DNA of 57,977 nucleotides from positions 1-57,977 of the IMG/VR virus record IMGVR_UViG_3300042527_000500; one strand, 5' to 3'. The stretch comes from a virus. Lineage: Duplodnaviria; Caudoviricetes. Under the pieces are notes generated by a model. The model did no database searches and had not been told where the DNA came from. It saw only the letters and a program-made list of their open reading frames with translations. Shown here piece after piece: positions 1 to 9,737 of the stretch (within the stretch, counting starts at the first letter, position 1; each line of letters starts with the position of its first letter). Position numbers and translations under genes: made by a program.

Positions 1-534
1 CCTTGCTAGTTTAGCTAGATCATTTACATTGTAAAATGACAAATGTTCTTTAATTGTAAACCTATCATAAAACGGTTGGCTTAAACTGCCTCCGCTTGTT
101 GTCGCCCCAACAACAGTAAATACTGGCAGATCAATAGTCTCTGGCTTTTCTTTATCGTCATCGTCTTTAACTGTCATATTAATCACAAAATCTTCCATCA
201 CAGGATAAAGAAATTCTTCTACAATCTTTGGAAGCCTATGAATCTCATCAATAAATAAGACAGAGCGTGGCGTCATACCCATAATGTACGGCATAATATT
301 TTTAATACTTCTGATAGAAGCCGCGTTTGTGGTATACAGGTTTACGCCCATTTCGTTGGCTATGGCACTGGCTATAGTAGTCTTGCCTAGCCCCGGTGGC
401 CCATCTATTAAAACGTGAGGCATCGTACCACCACCGTTTTTACAGCCCATCACAGATACTCTCAGACGCTTGATAACAGCATCCTGCCCAATAATCTCAT
501 CAAATGTAGACGGTCGTATTCCTCTAGACATCAT
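1..534 (-). CDS. ruvB: Holliday junction branch-migration AAA+ ATPase RuvB (5' part; runs off the window)
   Basis: Manual translation MMSRGIRPSTFDEIIGQ..PHVLIDGPPGLGKTT (Walker A)..VLFIDEIHRL (Walker B)..EEFLYPVMED..FTVVGATT..FYDRF; ATGA overlap with the upstream stop. Confidence 0.95.
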   Translation of the reverse strand, partial: MMSRGIRPSTFDEIIGQDAVIKRLRVSVMGCKNGGGTMPHVLIDGPPGLGKTTIASAIANEMGVNLYTTNAASIRSIKNIMPYIMGMTPRSVLFIDEIHRLPKIVEEFLYPVMEDFVINMTVKDDDDKEKPETIDLPVFTVVGATTSGGSLSQPFYDRFTIKEHLSFYNVNDLAKLAR

Positions 535-944
535 ATTCCTCCAATAAGTGATATTGCTTTTTTCACAAGAACAGCATGATCCTCAATTTTTTCTGCATTA
601 TATACAGACATAATATTTATCTGAGCTTCTTTTTTTGAGTATCCTAAAGATACCATCATTTTGATTGCTCTGATAACACACTGAGGCAAAGTATCTATTT
701 TACCAGACTCTTCTTCGCTGTCCACTGGTTTTTCAACTGACTCTGCCTTAGCGTAGACTACTTCAATTGTTTTTATGCGTTTTGGTTTAAAGATTGTGCC
801 GCACTCACAAACTACTTTAAAGTTTTTTGATTGGGCTTCTCTTAAAAAGAGCCAGTGATCAAATTTACAATTATCATTGGGACAAATATATTTTAATGAT
901 ACATCAATATCAATCGGTTTCTGGATTTTCGTCTTTGTTATCAT
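531..944 (-). CDS. Zn-ribbon protein with C-terminal RuvA domain III-like helical domain
   Basis: CPNDNC..CECG; C-terminus AIKMMVSLGYSKKEAQ..LVKKAISL resembles RuvA-CTD (ALxxLGYxxxEA..LIxxAL); coupled to ruvB. Confidence 0.65.
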   Translation of the reverse strand: MITKTKIQKPIDIDVSLKYICPNDNCKFDHWLFLREAQSKNFKVVCECGTIFKPKRIKTIEVVYAKAESVEKPVDSEEESGKIDTLPQCVIRAIKMMVSLGYSKKEAQINIMSVYNAEKIEDHAVLVKKAISLIGGI

Positions 945-1338
945 TGTTTGGTATCCAAAAAATAAAATCGTTACTATCGCTATCGTAAGCAGTTTCTACT
1001 AAACCTTTATTAACAAGACTATTTAATATATTGCTTACCATTCTATCGTTTAGAGAGGATATAATCTCAGAGAACTTTTGATCATTGACCATATACCTGA
1101 TTTGTTTTGTAATTTTATGAGTTTGTTTTTTCAATAAATTATCTACGATTATCTTTGATTCTTCAAAGGATAGAACAGTATCTATCTCTTTTAAATCATC
1201 TGGATGTATCGTAAAAGATATAATATCTGGCTCTTTACTGTCTTGTTTGCCAAAATTATTGAAAACTAATGCTCTAGTAGCATTAATTAGTTCATCCAGA
1301 TTTGTTACAACAAACCATTCATCATTTATAGAACTCAT
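910..1338 (-). CDS. hypothetical protein, possible C-terminal winged helix
   Basis: 142-aa ORF; ILNSLVNKGLVETAYD..FIFW. Confidence 0.6.
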   Translation of the reverse strand: MSSINDEWFVVTNLDELINATRALVFNNFGKQDSKEPDIISFTIHPDDLKEIDTVLSFEESKIIVDNLLKKQTHKITKQIRYMVNDQKFSEIISSLNDRMVSNILNSLVNKGLVETAYDSDSNDFIFWIPNNDNKDENPETD

Positions 1339-1346
1339 GATATTTC

Positions 1347-1760
1347 CTAGTTAAGTATCTCATACAATCCTTTGTAATATTTAGGCTGAGATAAGAAATA
1401 TCCAGCATTAGATTGTAAATGTTTGACATATTCGTTTTGTAATTTATCTTGTATAAAGTGTTGTTTTTTCCATACTCCTTCGTTCCAATAGTTGTTCCCC
1501 AAGTACAGGGAGTTTTTATCCCCCGCTGTACTGGAGAGCCAACTATTCACAGGTAACGCAATCGGAGAAAATCCATCTGGAAGTAACGGGGTATTATAAT
1601 TGGGTAGGTTCTTTAACGCATCCTCTATAACTTCCTTAGTTATCCATTTATATTCTATCTTATTAAGCAGACTATCCATATATTTCTTGAGCCACTCAGT
1701 ATCTATCTGAAAGAAGAACTTATAAGGATCATTATCTTCTGAATAGTCTTGATTATTCAT
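1347..1760 (-). CDS. hypothetical protein
   Basis: 137-aa ORF within the operon. Confidence 0.6.
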   Translation of the reverse strand: MNNQDYSEDNDPYKFFFQIDTEWLKKYMDSLLNKIEYKWITKEVIEDALKNLPNYNTPLLPDGFSPIALPVNSWLSSTAGDKNSLYLGNNYWNEGVWKKQHFIQDKLQNEYVKHLQSNAGYFLSQPKYYKGLYEILN

Positions 1761-1763
1761 AAT

Positions 1764-2909
1764 TCAACCTACGCAAAACTTATCACTAATCTGGCTTGCC
1801 AAGTCTCTAGCAGCACCAGAAAGGAATCGGTTGTTGCTGAAATACAACGCTGTGGATGCTTGGTTGAGGTACTCGACAACAGTTTTTAAGAGTTTGGCCT
1901 GGGACTCACTCAAATCTAAACCGCTGTCATCAGCATGAGAGGGCAATACTGGCGACGGATCGCCATAAGCCTTCTCGTAATTATTATTAAAAGACTTGTT
2001 GCACTTATATTCGCCATACTGATTAGTGTTGTCGAGTTTCTTATTAAAGTCTCCCCACACACTATCCTTGGTATTCTTTTGACCACAATCTTGATTAGAT
2101 AGTGACCTTAAAATATCAGTAGCGGCATTATGAGACACAGCAACCCCCGTAACATCAGACTGCTTATATTTCTTTCTCCATTGATCAAACCAAGCATCGC
2201 TTGTTGCGTTAGGAACAATAGTGACCGTTGCTGGTTGACCAGTTAATGCCTCAATCAAGTCTTTGACATTAATTGTCTGACCAGACGAACCTTGTAGAAT
2301 AGTAGAGTAATAAGGAGCCTTCTTCTCCCAACACTTACGCCACCAAGTATAAGGAACACGATAAATCTGATTAATCTTGATGGCTCTTGCATCTCCACCA
2401 AAGTAATTTACCAGTTTCTTCTGAATACCGTTCCAGCGAGTCTTATTAAGAGACTGTCGGCTACCAGCATCGAGAATCCAGTAAACTTGATAACCATTAC
2501 GAGTATCAACAACCCAACTAGGTTTAACAGAGAAATTATTGATCTTATCAAGAAACTCTCGTTTCTTAGCCATCACTTCCTTGGAAGGCAGATAATTGCC
2601 ACTAGAGTCTCGACCAGCATCAATATCAACAAAACAGGCTCGTACTTCGTTAATAGCATACTGCTTTCGTCCACCATTAACATAAAAGTAAACGTCTGAA
2701 TCGTTATTCAGATTAGCATGAACTGCTGTTGTTAGATTGTCAGTATGAGCCATGCTACTAATCTTCTTGCGAGGATTACCATTGTAGCAATAAATCTGCT
2801 GACTACCAAAAGACTTAATAAACTGTGCTCTCTTTATACAATGAGCATTGTCAAAAGCATTATTCGTGTTCTTGTCGTAAGGATTAAAACCAAGATTTCC
2901 ATTAAACAT
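1764..2909 (-). CDS. RepB-like (AEP superfamily) DNA primase domain protein
   Basis: Motifs FVDIDAG, PSWVVDTRNGYQVYW, GGD..QIYRVPYT. Confidence 0.75.
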   Translation of the reverse strand: MFNGNLGFNPYDKNTNNAFDNAHCIKRAQFIKSFGSQQIYCYNGNPRKKISSMAHTDNLTTAVHANLNNDSDVYFYVNGGRKQYAINEVRACFVDIDAGRDSSGNYLPSKEVMAKKREFLDKINNFSVKPSWVVDTRNGYQVYWILDAGSRQSLNKTRWNGIQKKLVNYFGGDARAIKINQIYRVPYTWWRKCWEKKAPYYSTILQGSSGQTINVKDLIEALTGQPATVTIVPNATSDAWFDQWRKKYKQSDVTGVAVSHNAATDILRSLSNQDCGQKNTKDSVWGDFNKKLDNTNQYGEYKCNKSFNNNYEKAYGDPSPVLPSHADDSGLDLSESQAKLLKTVVEYLNQASTALYFSNNRFLSGAARDLASQISDKFCVG

Positions 2910-2977
2910 AATCTTTATTCCTGTGATTAATTAACCGTGCCGGGATAGCAAACCCATTACTATCATTATCAGCAAAA

Positions 2978-3064
2978 TAGCGGGAGAGGAATCGAACCTC
3001 TCTCACATAGCGTTTGTTGAGTTTATCAACCAGAGGCTATGATCTTAGTCACCAAACTCCACTT
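2978..3064 (-). ncRNA. tRNA-like structured RNA or degenerate tRNA
   Basis: Perfect T-arm AGAGG-TTCGATT-CCTCT, partial acceptor stem, long central arm CATAGC..GTTGA-TAAAC-TCAAC..GCTATG. Confidence 0.5.
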
Positions 3065-3076
3065 TCTTTTTAAGAA

Positions 3077-3964
3077 TCAGTTGTAATTGTCGTAATCTTC
3101 CTCATCATCGTAATCTTCGGCATACGCACCGTCATCTTCATCATCCTCGTCCTCGTCATTCCATCCCCAATCATAATCGTTATCGTATTCTTCATCATCC
3201 TCGTCAGAGTCATAATCAACTCCAGCATCTAGACTAGCCGAATAAAGTGGCTTGAGAAGTTCGCCTTGATACTCTCCGACTACTTCATATCGGCAAGTGC
3301 GAAGTTTCTCAAAATTACAATCACTAGGAACACTCACAACATCACGGGGATTAATCTTGACGATAACGATCTTATCGCCAGCCTCAAGACTACCATAACC
3401 AGCAACATAATTCAATGCGCCAGCGTGAAGTCCATTAGAACAACCTCGACCACGATCATCATCAACCTTTGATCGTGTCATTTCGCAGACATTTCCAACA
3501 TGGTTGTCGAAAACTCCACGATACTTATCCATAAAGTCATTCCTGACTGCCTTATAGGCAAGAAAATGACCGTCCTCAGTAATAGGCAGATGCTCATGCT
3601 CAAGGAAATCATAAAGTTCCTTCTGACTCTGCATACTAGGATTTTCCATAAGATTATTCAGGAATGTAACAAGGGGCTGGAAAGGTAGACCCTTGCTCAT
3701 AAACTCCAGAATACGCTTACTGATGCTACCATGAACAACCTCACCCTCATAAGTGACCTGTCCATTCTTAATCTCAACAAGACCGTCGCTAAATGCGGCG
3801 ACTGCCTTTTCTACATCCACAATTTCCAGCAATTCATCAGATGTTGCAGTAGGCAGAGCCTCCAGAATCATCTTATAGTTAATATGATCAGGCAAAACCT
3901 GATAACTCTTATTGTTTAGAACAACCGTCAGATTACCATCAACAAACATAAACGGAACAGCCAT
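3077..3964 (-). CDS. rIIB: rIIB-like protein
   Basis: LPITEDGHFLAYKAV, CSNGLH, VKINPRDVVSVPSD..KLRTCRYEVV; acidic tail; follows rIIA. Confidence 0.9.
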   Translation of the reverse strand: MAVPFMFVDGNLTVVLNNKSYQVLPDHINYKMILEALPTATSDELLEIVDVEKAVAAFSDGLVEIKNGQVTYEGEVVHGSISKRILEFMSKGLPFQPLVTFLNNLMENPSMQSQKELYDFLEHEHLPITEDGHFLAYKAVRNDFMDKYRGVFDNHVGNVCEMTRSKVDDDRGRGCSNGLHAGALNYVAGYGSLEAGDKIVIVKINPRDVVSVPSDCNFEKLRTCRYEVVGEYQGELLKPLYSASLDAGVDYDSDEDDEEYDNDYDWGWNDEDEDDEDDGAYAEDYDDEEDYDNYN

Positions 3965-3992
3965 AATTAAAACTCCTTGTTACCTGTGAAAT

Positions 3993-6653
3993 TTACTTAA
4001 TAAGACTACTCAACTGAATCTTGAACAACTCAACCTTGTCACTATCCATACTCTCAACCCATGCAGAATTTCTCTTACCGTAGTAAGAATCAGCAAATTG
4101 AGAGATAGGATTGTTTTTACTGTCCAAATCTCTAAGATTGCCGTTATGCTGGTTGCTTCCCATAATATACTTCAACATCGGGTTCTTGTCAACCTCGACT
4201 TTAAGAATTTTCTTCAAGTCAGCCGCTTTGGTCAACTTATGCTTGGTTGCTTTAGTCTCAGACTTAAACAATTTAACATAAGATTCAGCATCATCATGAT
4301 GGGCGAACATCTCATGTTCAATATTATTTATCAGAGTATTATACTGTACATTTTTCTTCTTGAGTTCCTTACTGTCAAAATTATCAATACCTCGATCCTT
4401 GAGCAAAGAGTTAATATGATCAAAATATTCAGTCTGAGAGAATCGCTTTAGATCAAAAGTTGCTCTGTGCATAGTATCAGCAAAGAATTCCATAACAAGA
4501 AAACTATCAATAACATTGGACAGTTCAGTATTGTTGATATATTTCTTATAGTCAAGACCAAAAATACTCAACATATGACAAGAGAACTGATTAACCAATG
4601 TTCCACGATTGTAATAATAATTAACGTTATCGTCATCCTTACTGATAAATTCCTTTTTGTAGAATTCAACAATAGAGTTGTATTCATTGGCACTGTTAAA
4701 GTAGTCCTTAACATAAGTTGAAAGAATATTCTTTAGCCAAGTATTAAAGTCAGTAAGATTATATCCTTCATTTTGAAGTTTTGATACAAAATTACTCTTG
4801 ATAGCATAAACCTTGACATTACCAAATAGGCTCTTGATATTTTCGTTACTAAACAACCCCACAATGTTGCTAATCTTAGGAAATTCTGGTGTGCTTTGAT
4901 AACGCAAAATAGGAACATAAATAATACTATCTTGGTCGATGAGTTCATCCAGTTCATCGCTCGTAAGAGTTTTCAGATTAAGAGCGTCGTTGTATTCTAC
5001 ACTGAGACTACCAGCATCCTTGGATGCTCCATTAATAAAGAATACATCTTGATCGCTAACACTACCCTTAGAATCCCTAACTCCAGACTTTCGTGGAGAG
5101 TTACTCTTAATCAAGTCCTTATAGTCGCTGACCTTAAGAATATTGTGACTACCAACATCTTCAATAAGTTTATCAAAACCTTCATTAGATTTTGAAATAT
5201 CCTTACTGTCGATCATCAAGTATGCAAAACAATCCTTCTCGTTGCAATAACGAGTCACAATCTTCTTGGCAGTTTCTTCGCTCTTAACGTCACAAACAAA
5301 GAAAGCAAGTGGCCCAGTTTTACGCTGACTACTATAGTAGTATTCACCCTTACCAGTAAGAGTATTGTGGTGAAGATGATTGGTCATATAAACCATGCGG
5401 CGAGAACGATAGCCAGCACTTCTGTAGTTAAAAACATACAGAGCCTTTCCGGCAGGAATCTTATATTCGATATCTTCGCCACTGTTGATATTATGAACCT
5501 TGCCATTACTATCAGTCCATGAAGCACCAACGCCCCATCCACCAGCAAGATCATTCAACTGGTAATATGTGCTAATTGCTTCGATTCTGGTTTTAGCAGC
5601 GGCGATCTTCTTACTGAATTCTTCCTTCATCTCAAGATAAATACCCTGAGTCTTTTCACGAAGGGCTTTAATAACAGCCTTGGTATACTGCAATCCTTCA
5701 CGGGAAACGTCCATCTCAAGTTCCCCGATACCAAAATCCAGTTCAAGATAAAGATTCTGGTTAAGAATTTCGGTTACAAAACTCTTCCAACTATCAATAT
5801 CTGCCTTACCAAATGCTCTATTCCACTTGGCAATATGCTCTGACTGTTCTGCTTTTTGTTCGCCAACAAGTTGAGAGGCAACAACAGGGTACGCAATATT
5901 ACCCATAAGAGCAACAATACCACTATCAATATGATGATATGTGCTAGGATAATGATTATGGTCATTAGAAAGTCGGCAGACTCTCCAACCATCACCACTA
6001 ATAACAATGTTCTTATTACTATAAGCATGATCCTTGAGAGAAGGAATAACGCCACCCTCAATAATTGGCTTCATCTTAAAGTAATGGAAGATACGAATAG
6101 ACTTCTGACTAAATTCAGTAAAGTCATAGTGCTTAACAGCAAAACTAATCTCAAGACCATTAGGTTCATCAGTTTCGCACACATTAAACAGATTAAGAGT
6201 AGGAACACCATTATCATCAATAGCGGCAATATAGGTGTACTTTTGACCATTAAAATAAGAACTGGTCGTGAAACTCTTGGTATAAGCAAAAGGACTCTTA
6301 GACCCTAGACCAAGACAACCAACAAAATCATTACTATCATTCTTGTTAGACGCACCATAGGTGGTATAAAGGTTCTCCATATCCGCCTGACTAAGACCAG
6401 TACCATAGTCACGCACGATAAAATTAGGATTAGCCGCAGTAGGCAACGTCACCTTAAAAGGATTCTTATTGCCAGCACTAACATGACTATCATAAGCATT
6501 AGTAGACAGTTCACGAATAACTGCCATTACCTTATCGGAATAAAGAGAGTCCGAAAGGATTTTAAACATTTTGCTAGTTTGTGCGATGGTAAAACCAGAA
6601 GCACTCTGAACACCAGCACTGTGAGTTTCAATAACGCGATCTGCCAACTTCAT
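3993..6653 (-). CDS. rIIA: rIIA-like protein (N-terminal GHKL ATPase)
   Basis: LYSDKVMAVIRELSTNAYDSH, VRDYGTGLS, GLGSKSPFAYT, VSREGLQY. Confidence 0.9.
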   Translation of the reverse strand: MKLADRVIETHSAGVQSASGFTIAQTSKMFKILSDSLYSDKVMAVIRELSTNAYDSHVSAGNKNPFKVTLPTAANPNFIVRDYGTGLSQADMENLYTTYGASNKNDSNDFVGCLGLGSKSPFAYTKSFTTSSYFNGQKYTYIAAIDDNGVPTLNLFNVCETDEPNGLEISFAVKHYDFTEFSQKSIRIFHYFKMKPIIEGGVIPSLKDHAYSNKNIVISGDGWRVCRLSNDHNHYPSTYHHIDSGIVALMGNIAYPVVASQLVGEQKAEQSEHIAKWNRAFGKADIDSWKSFVTEILNQNLYLELDFGIGELEMDVSREGLQYTKAVIKALREKTQGIYLEMKEEFSKKIAAAKTRIEAISTYYQLNDLAGGWGVGASWTDSNGKVHNINSGEDIEYKIPAGKALYVFNYRSAGYRSRRMVYMTNHLHHNTLTGKGEYYYSSQRKTGPLAFFVCDVKSEETAKKIVTRYCNEKDCFAYLMIDSKDISKSNEGFDKLIEDVGSHNILKVSDYKDLIKSNSPRKSGVRDSKGSVSDQDVFFINGASKDAGSLSVEYNDALNLKTLTSDELDELIDQDSIIYVPILRYQSTPEFPKISNIVGLFSNENIKSLFGNVKVYAIKSNFVSKLQNEGYNLTDFNTWLKNILSTYVKDYFNSANEYNSIVEFYKKEFISKDDDNVNYYYNRGTLVNQFSCHMLSIFGLDYKKYINNTELSNVIDSFLVMEFFADTMHRATFDLKRFSQTEYFDHINSLLKDRGIDNFDSKELKKKNVQYNTLINNIEHEMFAHHDDAESYVKLFKSETKATKHKLTKAADLKKILKVEVDKNPMLKYIMGSNQHNGNLRDLDSKNNPISQFADSYYGKRNSAWVESMDSDKVELFKIQLSSLIK

Positions 6654-6697
6654 TGTTTTTCTCCAAAAATCCTGTGAATCGTTCCTGTGATGCTGTC

Positions 6698-6725
6698 ATC
6701 ATACCATAAGGTTATCGGCTGTCAA
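6698..6725 (-). promoter_or_regulatory. nested sigma70/sigma28-like promoter for rIIA
   Basis: TTGACA-16-TATGAT with TAAA-16-GCCGATAA. Confidence 0.8.
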
Positions 6726-6966
6726 GACCCTTCTCTTTAGAACTTATCGCCAACCATCCTAAATATGCCGTAAGGAGTCCAAAAAATCGTAAAAAATTTA
6801 CTGGTAAGACAAACCAATATAAACCAATTCCTATGCTAAATAAACCCATGAACCATATAAGTTCTCTTGGAATATACTCCGACTTGCTCAATAACCAAGT
6901 TGCTGGACCCAAAAGCATTACAAATAAAAGCATTAAACCAACTAATAATGCTAAACTAGCCATCAA
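6712..6966 (-). CDS. small membrane protein
   Basis: Three hydrophobic segments. Confidence 0.6.
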   Translation of the reverse strand: MMASLALLVGLMLLFVMLLGPATWLLSKSEYIPRELIWFMGLFSIGIGLYWFVLPVNFLRFFGLLTAYLGWLAISSKEKGLDSR

Positions 6967-7322
6967 CTGTCATCCTCATGACTGCTCCAATAATTATCTC
7001 CACCTATATCTTCTTGATCATTATCATCGTCATATGAAAAGTTTCTTTCATCATATGGAGTCCAATCTTCTTCATCATCTAAATCCTCACCATTCGCTAT
7101 ATCTTCTGCTTCATCTATAAAAATAGTAAGATTATTAATCATTTCAAATAATTGAGTTAAAACATTTTCCATTAATACCATTCGATTTTCGATAGTTTTA
7201 ACAGATTTTTTAATATCACTAATATCTTTAACTAGTGCTTTTGATATTTGAACATCAATACTATGAAGGTCTTTATTCTGTTTATTTAGTTCTTTTAATA
7301 TCTGATCGAATTCTTTAGACAT
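6963..7322 (-). CDS. coiled-coil protein with acidic tail
   Basis: 119-aa ORF with AAGGAG SD. Confidence 0.65.
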   Translation of the reverse strand: MSKEFDQILKELNKQNKDLHSIDVQISKALVKDISDIKKSVKTIENRMVLMENVLTQLFEMINNLTIFIDEAEDIANGEDLDDEEDWTPYDERNFSYDDDNDQEDIGGDNYWSSHEDDS

Positions 7323-7373
7323 GGTATTACTCCTTTATTAACAAATACACCATTATTCAGATCAGAAAATATC

Positions 7374-7883
7374 TCAACAGTTGCAGAGATATTCGTTGCA
7401 ATAACCGCATTTTGGCCCAGGATTTTCATTTCCCCAAGCATTACATAGCGGACTAAAACTTTCTTTTCCAGTATCAATACAAACTAATTTAGCCCTATTT
7501 TTTCTTTTGATATACCCAAGATTGTAATAGTGACAATCCCAAAATTTTAATCCAGTTTTTTGCTGAATAGCATCAACCAAATTTTGTATTTTATTTAATT
7601 TTTTACTCCATGAATTTTCATCAGCAATTTTTGCTCGTTCTGTAACAAAACCCCAATTAGTTTTATCTTTATAATAACCTAGATCTATATTTAGTTTACA
7701 AACTTTTCCTATTACTTTGGGGGCAAAACCAATTGATGACAATAATTTTTGCTTTTGATAAGCATAATTTGCTTCTTTTTTAGAAGAGAATTGTTTGAAT
7801 CCTAAGTTTTTATTTTTATAGATAGGATAAAACTCAGCACTACCACCTTCATTAATAAAATCTGACTTAATTATATACTTCAT
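7374..7883 (-). CDS. protein kinase-like fold protein
   Basis: INEGGSAEFY loop, GFKQF lysine, DCHYYNLG catalytic loop, VCIDTG. Confidence 0.7.
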   Translation of the reverse strand: MKYIIKSDFINEGGSAEFYPIYKNKNLGFKQFSSKKEANYAYQKQKLLSSIGFAPKVIGKVCKLNIDLGYYKDKTNWGFVTERAKIADENSWSKKLNKIQNLVDAIQQKTGLKFWDCHYYNLGYIKRKNRAKLVCIDTGKESFSPLCNAWGNENPGPKCGYCNEYLCNC

Positions 7884-8199
7884 CTTCTTTAACTTTATTA
7901 CCTGTCAATTGCTCAACAACATAAACTGCAACTTTCAAGTCTGGAGTTTCAAAGATTTTAATTGGGCCTCTTGGAATATCCATTTTGAATGTTGCGTAAA
8001 CAGCGTAATACGGATCATCTTTTGCTAAAAGATCAGCGTTAAAATACTCTTCAAAACTATTTACTTCTTCTGGAATACTTCCGCCAGCATAGTCAGTAAT
8101 ATCTCGCACAGTATAAATATGATAATGAAGAATATGAGATCGTGGATTACCTTCATTAGAACACCAACCCTTAAAGAGTCGATTTGGATAAGTTACCAT
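7867..8199 (-). CDS. hypothetical protein
   Basis: 110-aa ORF. Confidence 0.55.
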   Translation of the reverse strand: MVTYPNRLFKGWCSNEGNPRSHILHYHIYTVRDITDYAGGSIPEEVNSFEEYFNADLLAKDDPYYAVYATFKMDIPRGPIKIFETPDLKVAVYVVEQLTGNKVKEDEVYN

Positions 8200-8202
8200 A
8201 TT

Positions 8203-8418
8203 TCATGCAAATCCGATTTTAGTTTTTTCGGCTACCGTAACTTCGATTTCATTAGAAGCAAAATTTTCTGTGGAATAAGAACGAGAGTTCCACCAACCAC
8301 ATTCATAAGTAACATGGTTATCTCCAGTGATATGAATACCAACGATAGTTCCGTAAACATCTTCAGCCAACTTAACCTTGCTACCAATCTTGTATAGTTC
8401 CAGAGTATTTTTGCTCAT
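8203..8418 (-). CDS. small beta-barrel protein (YodC/DUF2158-like)
   Basis: YKIGSKVKL..YECGWWN..FASNEI pattern. Confidence 0.5.
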   Translation of the reverse strand: MSKNTLELYKIGSKVKLAEDVYGTIVGIHITGDNHVTYECGWWNSRSYSTENFASNEIEVTVAEKTKIGFA

Positions 8419-8448
8419 TTGGTTTCCTTTTATTAGAGTAAGAATGAG

Positions 8449-8521
8449 TAGGAGTGGTGAGAATCGAACTCACACTGTATGGATTTTAAGTCCACTGTCT
8501 CTGCCTTTGGACTACACTCCC
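8449..8521 (-). tRNA. tRNA-Leu(TAA), short variable loop
   Basis: GGGAGTG..GTGGA-CT-TAA-AA-TCCAT..GTGAG-TTCGATT-CTCAC-CACTCCT-A; no encoded CCA. Confidence 0.9.
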
Positions 8522-8526
8522 ATAAA

Positions 8527-8604
8527 GTGACCGACTACAACAAGTAATGATTTGAGGTTGAATACTTTGTGTGCCTCAACCATTTAAATATTGTAGCCGA
8601 TCAC
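8527..8604 (-). other. long RNA hairpin upstream of tRNA-Leu
   Basis: GTGATCGGCTACAA/TTGTAGTCGGTCAC plus inner TTGAGG/CCTCAA; G.U pairs form only on the minus strand. Confidence 0.6.
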
Positions 8605-8617
8605 CCTTTGGTTTTAA

Positions 8618-8899
8618 TCAACCGTTAGCATGGGCCTTGAGGCGACGAACAACCTCTGCCATAGCCTCAACATTATCAACCGTCTTGGTTGGCTTCGCAC
8701 GTTCCATCTCAGGCAGTTCAATGCCCTTCTTAGCCAGAGCGGCCTTTGTACGAGCGTAACGAGCCGCTGTACTAGCAACCTTCTGACCTGTCTTAGAAGC
8801 AATCTCAGCATAAGTCTTGCTGGAAAAAACTGCCTCAAGGAACTGCTCATCGCTGCAACGAACGCGATTCTGCTTCTCAACCGTAGTAACTTCAGCCAT
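8618..8899 (-). CDS. small basic HTH-like protein
   Basis: Start moved to MAEVTT (GGAGG SD); SDEQFLEAV..TYAEIASKTG. Confidence 0.65.
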   Translation of the reverse strand: MAEVTTVEKQNRVRCSDEQFLEAVFSSKTYAEIASKTGQKVASTAARYARTKAALAKKGIELPEMERAKPTKTVDNVEAMAEVVRRLKAHANG

Positions 8900-8976
8900 A
8901 ATCAACCTCCAAATCATTTCCAATCTTGTTTCAGCGAGTCAACCAACACGATTGAATCCCTCGCGTCAACTCTATC

Positions 8977-9004
8977 ATTCTAACACAGTGTATCGGCTTG
9001 TCAA
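8977..9004 (-). promoter_or_regulatory. nested sigma70/sigma28-like promoter
   Basis: TTGACA-16-TAGAAT; TCAA-17-GCCGATAC. Confidence 0.8.
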
Positions 9005-9555
9005 CTGGGCAGTCTTGAAAATTTCTTTTTCTTGTCAGAGAATAGACACTGAACCTGTTTAAAACTCCAAGGTGTACCAAATTGCATCCCATCCCTTTTA
9101 TTATCCACTCCTACATCAAGCGTATAGCGTCCTAATGACATATCCTCGTTGTGAAGTCTGCCGTGAACATGACCATAAAGCATCCAACTATTTCGATAAC
9201 TTTTGTTCCATGCTCTCATAGGATAATGAAATAAGATTATTCTTTGATTACAGTGAATAATTTCTTTCATCAAACTTATACTGGCAAAATCTTTAGATGA
9301 AAACTTTTTTTCATCATCGTGATTACCAAGAATTATATGAACATTATCACATTCTATTTTTTTACGATATTTTTTAGGATCTCCACCCCTGTGGCAAAAA
9401 TCTCCAAGAAAATATATAGTATCTTTTGGCTTAACAACACTATTTATAGAGTCTAATATTGTGCTATCCATTTCTTTTGTGGATGAAAATGGTCGCTGAC
9501 AATATCCAATAACCCTATTGTGTCCAAAATGGGTATCTGAAAGAAAATATATCAT
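9001..9555 (-). CDS. calcineurin-like metallophosphoesterase
   Basis: SDTHFGH, LGDF, LGNHD, FHYP, YGHVH, DVGVD. Confidence 0.9.
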   Translation of the reverse strand: MIYFLSDTHFGHNRVIGYCQRPFSSTKEMDSTILDSINSVVKPKDTIYFLGDFCHRGGDPKKYRKKIECDNVHIILGNHDDEKKFSSKDFASISLMKEIIHCNQRIILFHYPMRAWNKSYRNSWMLYGHVHGRLHNEDMSLGRYTLDVGVDNKRDGMQFGTPWSFKQVQCLFSDKKKKFSRLPS

Positions 9556-9737
9556 TAGTCTCTAGATGGAAGAATTAATCCTAATACTAAATATATCCAA
9601 AATAAAATAGATCCTGTAAAAATAGTTCCTAAAATAAAGCCTAATCTTATTATTGGAGCATCAATCCCTGTTGACTCTGCTAGACCTCCACAAACTCCTA
9701 AAAATACTCTATTGGATCTTGATTTACTTAAACTCAT
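9555..9737 (-). CDS. pspC: PspC domain membrane protein
   Basis: KSRSNRVFLGVCGGLAE..GIDAPIIRL..YLVLGLILP. Confidence 0.85.
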   Translation of the reverse strand: MSLSKSRSNRVFLGVCGGLAESTGIDAPIIRLGFILGTIFTGSILFWIYLVLGLILPSRD

